In this document: in pieces, positions 8,096-16,342 of the stretch
How the letters are laid out: each line of letters starts with the position of its first letter
How positions within the stretch are numbered: the first letter of the stretch is position 1
Origin: an uncultured Eubacterium sp.
Lineage (GTDB): Bacteria > Bacillota > Clostridia > Peptostreptococcales > Anaerovoracaceae
Direction of reading: 5' to 3'
DNA: 35,505 bases
NCBI GenBank assembly: GCA_964491055.1
Contig: CAZBFD010000001.1
Location: 1 to 35,505, forward strand
Position numbers and translations under genes: made by a program
Notes under the pieces: generated by a model
Told to the model about the DNA's origin: nothing
The model's database searches: none
Seen by the model: only the letters and a program-made list of their open reading frames with translations

Positions 8096-9538
8096 TCAGA
8101 CGTTGATCTCGGCGTTCACGCCAAGTTCTTCTTTATTCGCATCCAGCACCGGCCTTACCACCTCGTCCAGATATTCTGTCACCTGCTCCGGCGCACGGCC
8201 GACGTAATCTGACGGGTTCAGGATCGACTCCAGTGACTCCCTGGTAACGCCGTATTTCTGGAACATCGGGTCTGCCGCGATGCGATCCAGCAAATCGTTT
8301 GGCTTTCCTTCTTCTTTAACTACGCGGCCCGCCTCCATTGATAATTCGCGGATCCGCTCGTGCAGCTCCTGCCTGTCGCCGCCTGCTTTCACGGCGTCCA
8401 TCATGATGTTCTCAGTCGCCATGAACGGAAGCTCCGCCATGAGATGCGCCTCGATCACCTTCGGATACACGACGAGTCCGTCTGTGATATTAATGTACAG
8501 CTGAAGGATGCTGTCCGCCGCGAGGAACGCCTCGGATACTGATATACGCCTGTTTGCAGAATCGTCCAGTGTCCGCTCGAACCACTGAGTCGCAGCAGTT
8601 ATCTGCGGATTCAGCGAATCCACCATCAGGTAGTTAGCGAGCGAAGCCATTCTCTCGCATCTCATCGGATTCCGCTTATATGCCATCGCCGACGAGCCGA
8701 TCTGCGTCTTCTCGAACGGCTCCTCGATCTCCTTCATGTGCTGGAGCAACCGGACGTCATTGCTGAACTTGTGAGCAGACTGTCCGATCCCGGCGAGCAC
8801 GGCGAGCACGCGGCTGTCATATTTCCGGCTGTACGTCTGTCCCGACACCGGTACGCATGCGCTGAAGCCCATTTTTTCGGCGATCTTCCGGTCGAGCTCC
8901 TTGCATTTCTCATGGTCGCCATTGAACAGTTCCATGAACGAAGCCTGTGTCCCGGTCGTTCCCTTGCATCCGAGCAGCTTCATCGTACCAAGCACGTATT
9001 CCACATCCTGCAGGTCGAGCATGAGGTCGTTAAGCCATAGCGTAGCGCGCTTTCCGACCGTTGTCGGCTGCGCCGCCTGATAGTGCGTGTACGCCAGCGT
9101 CGGCAGAGCCTTGTACTGTTCCGCGAACGCAGCCAGCTTATCTATCGTGTTGAGCAGCTCTTTCCTGATCAGCCTGAGCCCCTCGGTCATGATGATGACG
9201 TCCGTATTGTCCCCGACATAACAGGAAGTCGCCCCAAGGTGGATTATTCCTTTCGCCTTCGGACACTGCACGCCGTACGCGTACACATGCGACATCACGT
9301 CGTGGCGCACGACTTTCTCACGCTCCTCAGCGACTTCATAGTTCACATCGTCCGCGTGCTCCTTGAGCTCCGCGATCTGCTCATCGCTGATATCAAGCCC
9401 GAGCTCCTGCTCCGATTCCGCCAGCGCGATCCAGAGCTTCCGCCAAGTCCGGAACTTCATCTCCGGCGAGAAAAGATACTTCATCTCCGCGCTCGGATAC
9501 CTCTCCGAAAACGCGCTCGTATAGCCATCCTTAGCCAT
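8096..9538 (-). CDS. purB: Adenylosuccinate lyase
   Basis: RHDVMSH, IHLGATSCYVGDN, GSSAMAYKRNP, QWFERTLDDSANRR. Confidence 0.97.
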   Translation of the reverse strand: MAKDGYTSAFSERYPSAEMKYLFSPEMKFRTWRKLWIALAESEQELGLDISDEQIAELKEHADDVNYEVAEEREKVVRHDVMSHVYAYGVQCPKAKGIIHLGATSCYVGDNTDVIIMTEGLRLIRKELLNTIDKLAAFAEQYKALPTLAYTHYQAAQPTTVGKRATLWLNDLMLDLQDVEYVLGTMKLLGCKGTTGTQASFMELFNGDHEKCKELDRKIAEKMGFSACVPVSGQTYSRKYDSRVLAVLAGIGQSAHKFSNDVRLLQHMKEIEEPFEKTQIGSSAMAYKRNPMRCERMASLANYLMVDSLNPQITAATQWFERTLDDSANRRISVSEAFLAADSILQLYINITDGLVVYPKVIEAHLMAELPFMATENIMMDAVKAGGDRQELHERIRELSMEAGRVVKEEGKPNDLLDRIAADPMFQKYGVTRESLESILNPSDYVGRAPEQVTEYLDEVVRPVLDANKEELGVNAEINV

Positions 9539-9608
9539 TTTTTCTCCTTTGCTTTGTGGACATCAAAACACATTTCCACAAATTATAATTATACCATATC
9601 CGCCGCAT

Positions 9609-9641
9609 AAAAAACAGGCTGCGGAGTCATCCACAGCCTGC
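9609..9641 (-). terminator. Intrinsic terminator after the CoA-transferase gene
   Basis: Minus strand CAGGCTGTGGA-tgac-TCCGCAGCCTG-TTTTTT. Confidence 0.75.
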
Positions 9642-9656
9642 CATTTGCAGTTTGTT

Positions 9657-11015
9657 TTACCATGTGCACTTGCTTGTCTGTGTCCAGATGCCCATCTTCT
9701 CGGCGGCCTTGATCAGGTCTTCCCTGAAGTCAGGGTGCGCGATGTTGATCAGCATCTCGGCGCGCTCCCATGTCGTGCGGCCTTTCAGGTTCGCCGCGCC
9801 GTATTCGGTGATGACGAAGTTCGTGGCTGACCTCGGCGTTGTCACGATGGTCCCCTCAGGAAGCGTCGGGTTGATGAGGGATGACAGGGTGCCGTCCTTG
9901 TTCGCGCGTGTCGAGTGCAGGCAGATGAAGCTCTGTCCGCCTTCCGACAGGAATGCTCCGTGAACAAAATCCAGCTGCCCGCCGGTCCCGGATATCTGTC
10001 TCGGGCCGGCTGATTCAGAAGCGATCTGCCCGAACAGGTCGAGCTGGATGCAGCTGTTTATGGAAACGAACTTAGGGATGTCAGCGACTACCTGTACATT
10101 ATTTACATATTCTACCGGCATCGTGTAGCATATCGGGTTGTCATCGATGAAGTCATACAGCTTCCTGGTCCCGCCTGCGAATCCGTACACGATCTTTCCC
10201 GGGTGGTTCTTCTTGTGGCCTGTGATCTTCCCTGCGTTATACAGGTCCACATAGGAATCTACCAGCATCTCTGTGTGTCCGTTCAGGTCTTTGACATCGG
10301 AGTCTGCCAGCATCTTTCCGATAGCGGCAGGAAGTCCGCCGATGCCGAGCTGGAGCGTGCTCCCGCTCTTGATCCTGTCTACTACGAACTCAGCGATCTT
10401 CTGGTCAGCCTCGTCAGCTTCCTTCCCAGGAATCTCAGCGAGCGGCGGGTTGCTGCTCTCTACGATGTAGTCGACGTCAGCGATGTTCAGAAACGCTTTC
10501 TCGCCGAAAGCACGAGGCATATTTGTATTGACCTCAACAACTACTTTCTTCGCAACTTCAATCGCGCGCCACTCGTCAGCGACCTGCGGCCCGATGTTGA
10601 AGTTCCCGTATTTATCCATAGGCCCGACAGATATGAAGATGATGTCGATACCCTTTTCGTTGATGTCCCAGTAATACGGGAGCTCATTGAACAGCATAGG
10701 TATGTACCAGCAGCGGCCTTCTTTGTTGATCTTCCTGTCAGCTCCGCTGAAATGAGATGAGCTGAACTTCACCTGGTCAACAGAGTCCGAGCCCTGGTAG
10801 ATCTGGAACGGCCCGTGTGTGATCGTGATGTTGCTCAGGACCTCCACGCCCTTAAGCTTCTTCGCGCGCCTTCCGAGCGCCGCGTCGATGTCCTGCGGGA
10901 CGCCCAGGCCGGTCCCGTAGTGGATCCTGAAATTTTTCTTGACCATTGCAGCCGCCTGGTCGGCGGTTATCAGTTTTCTCGAGTACATACCCGGGATCGA
11001 AGAAATCTTATACAT
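9657..11015 (-). CDS. Acetyl-CoA hydrolase/transferase family, butyryl-CoA:acetate CoA-transferase-like
   Basis: TLQLGIGG, GHTEML, DLFGQIASESAG..QISGTGGQLDF, TEYGAANLKG..TWERAEMLINIAHPDFR. The C-terminus resembles But enzymes; substrate cannot be established by eye. Confidence 0.85.
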   Translation of the reverse strand: MYKISSIPGMYSRKLITADQAAAMVKKNFRIHYGTGLGVPQDIDAALGRRAKKLKGVEVLSNITITHGPFQIYQGSDSVDQVKFSSSHFSGADRKINKEGRCWYIPMLFNELPYYWDINEKGIDIIFISVGPMDKYGNFNIGPQVADEWRAIEVAKKVVVEVNTNMPRAFGEKAFLNIADVDYIVESSNPPLAEIPGKEADEADQKIAEFVVDRIKSGSTLQLGIGGLPAAIGKMLADSDVKDLNGHTEMLVDSYVDLYNAGKITGHKKNHPGKIVYGFAGGTRKLYDFIDDNPICYTMPVEYVNNVQVVADIPKFVSINSCIQLDLFGQIASESAGPRQISGTGGQLDFVHGAFLSEGGQSFICLHSTRANKDGTLSSLINPTLPEGTIVTTPRSATNFVITEYGAANLKGRTTWERAEMLINIAHPDFREDLIKAAEKMGIWTQTSKCTW

Positions 11016-11050
11016 GTCGTACCTCCAAAACAGATCTGTAATTTATCTAA

Positions 11051-11079
11051 AGTATACTACCTGTACATAGGATAATCAA
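11051..11079 (-). promoter_or_regulatory. Sigma-A promoter of the CoA-transferase gene
   Basis: Minus strand TTGATT-17 nt-TATACT. Confidence 0.65.
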
Positions 11080-11093
11080 TTTATATAAGACGT

Positions 11094-11298
11094 TGTAATG
11101 AGCATGCAGGAGGACATTTGCGAGGCCGGTACTCAGCGAACGCGAGCATTAGCGAAGCATGAGCGCCAAGTACCGCTGCCCATTTTCCCCAGCTTCAGCT
11201 GGTTGGACAAATGGGACAGCGAAGCGAAGCGGAGGAGTGAGTGTAACGAACGTTGCACGAGCAATAAGCGGGAGCTGTCCGAGTGCAGGCTCATTACA
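11094..11298. mobile_element. 205-bp structured non-coding element, MITE-like
   Basis: 23-bp imperfect terminal inverted repeats (TGTAATGAGCATGCAGGAGGACA / TGTCCGAGTGCAGGCTCATTACA; outer 10 bp perfect), CGT on both flanks, three internal stems, no credible ORF. Confidence 0.65.
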
Positions 11299-11303
11299 CG
11301 TCT

Positions 11304-14300
11304 TTACTTTACTTTTGTTTTTGCCGATTTGGACAGCTTCCCCGTATACGTCTTCTTGCCTATTTTCGTAAACGGCTGAACTTTATAATAGTAAGTTTTC
11401 CCTTTCGATACCTTCCTGTCTGTCCATCTGGTCCTCCGGGACCTCCTCACAGTCCCGGCCTTTTTATACTTCCCGTTCTTTTTCGAAGCCCTGAGCACGT
11501 AGTATCCGCTCACGCCGGAGACTTTGTTCCATGTGACCCTGACATTGCGCTTTCCGCCGGACTTCTTCACTTTAGCCTTCACGCCGGCCACTTTAGCTTT
11601 CTTCGCATATGACACTGACACGTTGACTTTGACCCTGCACACTGCGTATCTGCGGCTTTCCGAGTCTATCGCGACAATGATCGTGTACCCGGGTTTCTTT
11701 GCCCGGACAATGCCGAATTCATCGACCGAAGCTATATTCTGGTCCATCGAGAACCAGTCGACGCCGGAAATGTAATGCGGCTTCGGATCCTGATCGGCCC
11801 TGAGCTGCGTATATTTGCCGGCATCAAGGCGGAGCCTCTTTTTACTGAGAGAGATCTCCTCTACATCATACATGTCATCTTCGCTGCCAAGGACTGTGAA
11901 GGTATAGGAGTTTTTCCTGCCGGATGAAAGCGTCGCAGTGACGGTGACTTTCCCGGCTTTCTTCGGAGTTACCGTACCTTCGCTGCTTACCTCGGCAACT
12001 TCCGTGTCGTCCACGGACCACGTGATCCCATCCGGCATCGCGTCTTCAGGCATGAGGACATATGAAGGCGTGTATTCATTTTCATCGTAATCATCGACCC
12101 AGCTGTATACGTCGTATGTCTGGAAGTATATATGCTCCGGCTTCTTGATTTTGCTGGTCTTTATATATTTCCCGGTGAACGCTGTGTCGGAGTAGACAAG
12201 ATCCTCTCCGCCGGCCCGGTTTCCGTATTCATCGAACCATCCCCTGAACGTGTATCCGACTTTGTTCGGCGGCTCAGGCAGCTCACCAAGCTCTTCTCCC
12301 TCAGAATATTTCCGCGTCACTACCGCTTTCCCATCGATCAAAAACCTGACTGTGTATGATGGGACCATGATGTCCGTAATATTCTCATTTACCCATGTCT
12401 GGCGCTTTATGATCCAGGCTCTGAGCTGCTCGATCTCGGATTCATATGTCTGGGGAGCATCCTGGTCGTGCTCGCCCGGCTGCTTGCTGTCATACTGACC
12501 GTCAGGGTCTTGCTCCTGGCTCTGCTCGCCGTGCCTGACTGAAGCCGCTCCGCCGGAGGTGTAGCCTCCGTCCTCTTCGTTATAGAATCCCCACTTTACG
12601 TTATCGTAATACTCGGACACACGGGTCTCATCATAATACTGGTCGAGCACGCCCCCGTCTTTCACGACTTCCGTAAGAAGATCATCGATATGGGCGTCGA
12701 ACAGCTCCTCTTCATCATGTGCGGCTGACCAGCGTGCTTTGAGCCTGCCGCAGTATGCCTCGCCTGAGCGGAGCCTCCTCATCCACGGATGATATGTGTT
12801 GCTGAATTCCGAAACAGTCTCCGCGTCGTAGTTCGAGTTGCCCCACGCTACATAGTCAAAGTCCCAGAGCGGCCCCCAGTATAGCTTTCCGTTCCCGTTT
12901 TCAGTATCTCTCTTCTTATACAGATAATTGCTTTCGCCGTTGAAGGCGTCGTAGTTTATGGAGAACTCCTGGATCCACCAGAAATCTGCCGCCGACTGCT
13001 CATCCAGGTATTCATCATATGAATGGTCATCCTTGTCCTTCATATCTTCCCCGAACAGCGCCTTCTCCGTTTTATCCACATAGCCCGCGATATATTTACG
13101 CTGAGCTTTCTTCGCCTCTTTAGAAGAACCGTCCGCAGGATAGTCTTCGAAGTCAGGGCTCTCTATCCTGAATAAATTGCCGCGCTCTGTGCCGAAGCAG
13201 CGCTCATCCTCTTCGTCATAGCCCGCCAGGCTGAGGAGATATCCGCCGGTGATCTCGGTTGACTCAGGATCCTTCACTTTCTCATCGAGCTCATCGATCT
13301 CAACGCGGTTCTCACCGACCCTGACCTGTTCTGAAAGCAGGTAGCTCCCGAAGTACCTTCCGTTCATCACGACTTCGACCGGCGCGCATTTTATGGCAAA
13401 TTCCATGCCCATATGCCGGACGATCCAGTACGTGATCCTGTTTCTCTGCAGTGAGTTGTCGTATCTGTTCGCAAGCAGGACCCAGTGCTTGTTCTTCCCC
13501 ATGCCGAGGAGGTCCTGCTTCTTATCGAGCTTGAATTTATACGGCTTCTTGTCCATGCCCCAGGTGGAGTTTCCGCGGCCGCGGATGTACTCAAGCTCCA
13601 GGTTGTTCAGAGTCTTGAGCTCTTTCTGGGAGAATTCGCCCTTATATCCGGCCGGGACCTGGAGCGTCACGTCTCCATAGCACTCCGCTGTATGCCCTTC
13701 AGATGAGTTCATGGCGTCGATCGACCCTTCTGTCTCATCAATATTGAAATACAGGACAGGGAGAGAGTCTTCACAGAAGGTAAGCGACCTTAAGAGCAGG
13801 GTCATTTTCTTGTCCGCGTCCATATCTTCTATCGAAAAGCCGATGGACACTTTATGTTTCCCGGTGATATTCTGGCCGAGCACGTCGACGGTCTGCTCGC
13901 CCTCTCTTGACCAGCCCGTCTTGCCAAGCTGCCTTCTTAAGAGCATGCTCGCCCGCGGTTCTGCCTCATCGTCAAGATATACAGAGACCGTAACACTGCC
14001 TTTTTTGTCCGACAGACCATCCAGGCTGATCCGCCCGACAGGCTGTACGGAAGTGCTGCGTCCCTCAGGCTTCTCGCCGAAATCAAAAACTCCATCTATC
14101 AGGACCTTCCCTGATGTGAGTTCTTTTACAGTCCCGCTGATAAAAAGCCCTTCTGTTCCGGCTTCCTCATACATTTTAACGCCCGGCATAGACTTTGCCG
14201 GGACCAGCTTTCCGCTCCTGTTCAGATCAGTGAAAAGCTTCTGCTGGAAAGCAGGCGATACCGCAGTGGTTACTTCCTCTTCTATGGCAGCAGAGCCGTC

Positions 14301-14402
14301 ATCTCTTGGATCTGCTGAATTCTCATCCGCAAACGCCGGGGACGCAAAAAGCGATGACACACAAAGCACCATCGCCATGATTACTGCAATATTTCTCTTC
14401 AT
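11304..14402 (-). CDS. Secreted CotH-kinase family protein with InlB-B-like repeat, two Big_2-like Ig domains and a C-terminal FN3-like domain
   Basis: Signal peptide (MKRNIAVIMAMVLCVSSLFASPAFA); CotH motifs RGRGNSTW.MDKKPYKFKL, WVLLAN, WGPLWDFD; PEPPNKVGYTFRGWF; TWSVDDTEVAEVSSEGTVT; basic FN3-like tail (TYYYKVQPF). Confidence 0.88.
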   Translation of the reverse strand: MKRNIAVIMAMVLCVSSLFASPAFADENSADPRDDGSAAIEEEVTTAVSPAFQQKLFTDLNRSGKLVPAKSMPGVKMYEEAGTEGLFISGTVKELTSGKVLIDGVFDFGEKPEGRSTSVQPVGRISLDGLSDKKGSVTVSVYLDDEAEPRASMLLRRQLGKTGWSREGEQTVDVLGQNITGKHKVSIGFSIEDMDADKKMTLLLRSLTFCEDSLPVLYFNIDETEGSIDAMNSSEGHTAECYGDVTLQVPAGYKGEFSQKELKTLNNLELEYIRGRGNSTWGMDKKPYKFKLDKKQDLLGMGKNKHWVLLANRYDNSLQRNRITYWIVRHMGMEFAIKCAPVEVVMNGRYFGSYLLSEQVRVGENRVEIDELDEKVKDPESTEITGGYLLSLAGYDEEDERCFGTERGNLFRIESPDFEDYPADGSSKEAKKAQRKYIAGYVDKTEKALFGEDMKDKDDHSYDEYLDEQSAADFWWIQEFSINYDAFNGESNYLYKKRDTENGNGKLYWGPLWDFDYVAWGNSNYDAETVSEFSNTYHPWMRRLRSGEAYCGRLKARWSAAHDEEELFDAHIDDLLTEVVKDGGVLDQYYDETRVSEYYDNVKWGFYNEEDGGYTSGGAASVRHGEQSQEQDPDGQYDSKQPGEHDQDAPQTYESEIEQLRAWIIKRQTWVNENITDIMVPSYTVRFLIDGKAVVTRKYSEGEELGELPEPPNKVGYTFRGWFDEYGNRAGGEDLVYSDTAFTGKYIKTSKIKKPEHIYFQTYDVYSWVDDYDENEYTPSYVLMPEDAMPDGITWSVDDTEVAEVSSEGTVTPKKAGKVTVTATLSSGRKNSYTFTVLGSEDDMYDVEEISLSKKRLRLDAGKYTQLRADQDPKPHYISGVDWFSMDQNIASVDEFGIVRAKKPGYTIIVAIDSESRRYAVCRVKVNVSVSYAKKAKVAGVKAKVKKSGGKRNVRVTWNKVSGVSGYYVLRASKKNGKYKKAGTVRRSRRTRWTDRKVSKGKTYYYKVQPFTKIGKKTYTGKLSKSAKTKVK

Positions 14403-14443
14403 TCCAGGCCACCTTCCAAGTTACTCTTCCTGTAGGATGCTGT

Positions 14444-15682
14444 CTATTTCTCGAACTCCGCCGCGACCTTCTCCAGGAGCTCGCGGATCGGAAGATGCTG
14501 CGGGCAGGCCTTCTCGCACTTTCCGCACTTGATGCAGTCAGATGCCTTGCCGCCCTCAGTCGTGTTTATCTCATAGTAGAAAGTGTTGTTCCAGGTCTTG
14601 AACAGCTGGTTCCTGTTGTAGTCCGCAAACAGGTCCGGGATCCTGATGTGCTGCGGGCACCCTTCAGTGCAGTAATGGCACGCGGTGCACTGGATCACGT
14701 TCTGGTTCTGCAGGATCGCCTTCACCATTTCAAGAGCCTCGAGCTCGTCCTCGTCGATCGGGCAGAAATCGCTCATCGTCCGGACATTATCCTCGATCAT
14801 CTCCATATCTCCCATCCCGGACAAGACCATCGCAATGTTCGGGAATGAAGCGGCGAACCGGAGAGCATACGAAGCAGGAGACGGCTGCTCATAATCATAG
14901 TCCTGACCGCCGTCTTCGATGCCGGAGCCAGCCGGCAGATCTTCATCGTCAGGCCTTTGATCGATATCTGACGCACATTCTTTCTTCCAGAGCTCGTCGA
15001 GCACGGTCTGGGCAGCAGGAGGAAGCTCCGCAAGGGCGCCGCCCCTGACCGGCTCCATGACGAGGACCGGCTTTCCATATTTCTCACATATCTCGTACAG
15101 CTTCCCGCTCTGGACCGACGGGCTGTCAAAGTCCAGGTAATTGAACTGTATCTGTACGACTTCAGCCTCCGGATGGTCGTTTAAGATCTGTTCCAGGAAC
15201 TCAGCGTCGTCGTGGAAAGAGAAGCCGACATGCCTGATCTTACCTTCAGCCTTGAGTTCCTGAGCGATCTCAAAGGCGTGGGTCTCCTGGTACTTATCAT
15301 AGTTTTCGCGGTGAAGAGAGTGCATCAGGTAAAAGTCGAAATAATCGACCCCGCACACCCTTAGCTGGTCTTCGAACAAAGGTCGGATGTCCTCTTCAGT
15401 CTTGAAGCAGCCGTCAGACAGCTTGTTTGTGAGGACGAACGACTCACGCGGGTAGCGGTCAGCTATACAGCGCTTTATCATCCGCTCGCTCGCCCGCGCG
15501 TGATACACCCTTGCCGTGTCAAAATAATTGAACCCTGCCTCCATGAACCTGTCCACCATTTTGTTGCACAGATCATAATCAATAGCAGATTCCAGGCCGC
15601 CCTTCTTGAGCGGCAGCCTCATGCAGCCCAGTGCGAGCCGCTTCTCCGGATCGATCTCCGGGAAAAACTGTTTAAGTTCCAT
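14444..15682 (-). CDS. Aldo/keto reductase with C-terminal 4Fe-4S dicluster domain
   Basis: LALGCMRLP, NYFDTARVY, DFYLMH, IRHVGFSFH, VMEPVRGG, CTACHYC...CP, CIKCGKCEKACPQHL. Start moved to ATG 15682, which follows AGGAG. Confidence 0.92.
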   Translation of the reverse strand: MELKQFFPEIDPEKRLALGCMRLPLKKGGLESAIDYDLCNKMVDRFMEAGFNYFDTARVYHARASERMIKRCIADRYPRESFVLTNKLSDGCFKTEEDIRPLFEDQLRVCGVDYFDFYLMHSLHRENYDKYQETHAFEIAQELKAEGKIRHVGFSFHDDAEFLEQILNDHPEAEVVQIQFNYLDFDSPSVQSGKLYEICEKYGKPVLVMEPVRGGALAELPPAAQTVLDELWKKECASDIDQRPDDEDLPAGSGIEDGGQDYDYEQPSPASYALRFAASFPNIAMVLSGMGDMEMIEDNVRTMSDFCPIDEDELEALEMVKAILQNQNVIQCTACHYCTEGCPQHIRIPDLFADYNRNQLFKTWNNTFYYEINTTEGGKASDCIKCGKCEKACPQHLPIRELLEKVAAEFEK

Positions 15683-15698
15683 AGTTGTATCTCCTAAC

Positions 15699-15727
15699 CT
15701 CCGAAAAGGGACAGTCCCTTTTCGGAG
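15699..15727. repeat. REP-like palindrome, family A copy 2 (perfect stem)
   Basis: CTCCGAAAAGGG-ACAGT-CCCTTTTCGGAG. Confidence 0.88.
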
Positions 15728-15745
15728 CATCTTACATTTTGCGCG

Positions 15746-16330
15746 TCAGAATACGCCGGTGATAAAGATCTCGAGTCCTATACCTATGAGGATCAGGCCG
15801 CCGAGGATCTCGGCCTTGCCGGAAAGGCGGGTGCCGAGGGTCTTGCCGAGGCGGATGCCGATGAGACAGATCACAAAGGTCACGATACCGATGATAACGG
15901 ATTCTGCGAGTGCCTCTGCCCAGTTGTATTCTGCGATCGTGAAGCCGACGGAAAGTGCGTCGATGGATGTTGCGATGCCCTGTAAGAACAGCGTGCCGTT
16001 ACCGACTTCACCTTTTGCGTCGTCGCCCGCGTGTCCTGACAGCCCCTCGCGGAGCATGCTCCCTCCGATATAAAGGAGCAGCCCGAGCGCTATCCACGGA
16101 ATGAACTTCTGGAATGCCTGGAATTTCTCCGCGATCGTGTGCACGCAGAACCATCCGATAAGCGGCATCACAGTCTGGAATAGCGCGAATGTACCGGCGA
16201 TCTTAAACGACTTCCTGACAGGCATATCCGGCGCCGCGAGCCCGTTAGCGCATGACACCGAGAATGCGTCCATCGCAAGCCCGATGCCGAACAGAATACT
16301 GTTGAATATAAATATAACTATATGATCCAT
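15746..16330 (-). CDS. mntP: Manganese efflux pump MntP family
   Basis: GLAMDAFSVS, FQTVMPLIGW, IATSIDALSVG, AEILGGLILIGIG. Confidence 0.92.
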   Translation of the reverse strand: MDHIVIFIFNSILFGIGLAMDAFSVSCANGLAAPDMPVRKSFKIAGTFALFQTVMPLIGWFCVHTIAEKFQAFQKFIPWIALGLLLYIGGSMLREGLSGHAGDDAKGEVGNGTLFLQGIATSIDALSVGFTIAEYNWAEALAESVIIGIVTFVICLIGIRLGKTLGTRLSGKAEILGGLILIGIGLEIFITGVF

Positions 16331-16342
16331 GATCCTCGTATG

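Noticed and set aside
9539-9656. Purine riboswitch upstream of purB or purA
   Set aside because: The region is explained by a terminator and a TGGTATAAT promoter with a short leader; no aptamer consensus seen.
11098-11379. Short ORFs overlapping the structured element as a transposase or peptide
   Set aside because: No DDE or HUH motif and no convincing RBS; the inverted-repeat structure explains the sequence better.
15683-15730. N-terminal extension MLRKGTVPFRR of the aldo/keto reductase, and the TTG 2260 start for ftcd
   Set aside because: These read through the palindromic repeats; better ATG starts with proper RBS lie downstream.
16331-16342. yybP-ykoY Mn riboswitch upstream of mntP
   Set aside because: Only 12 nt of intergenic space and no recognisable motif.
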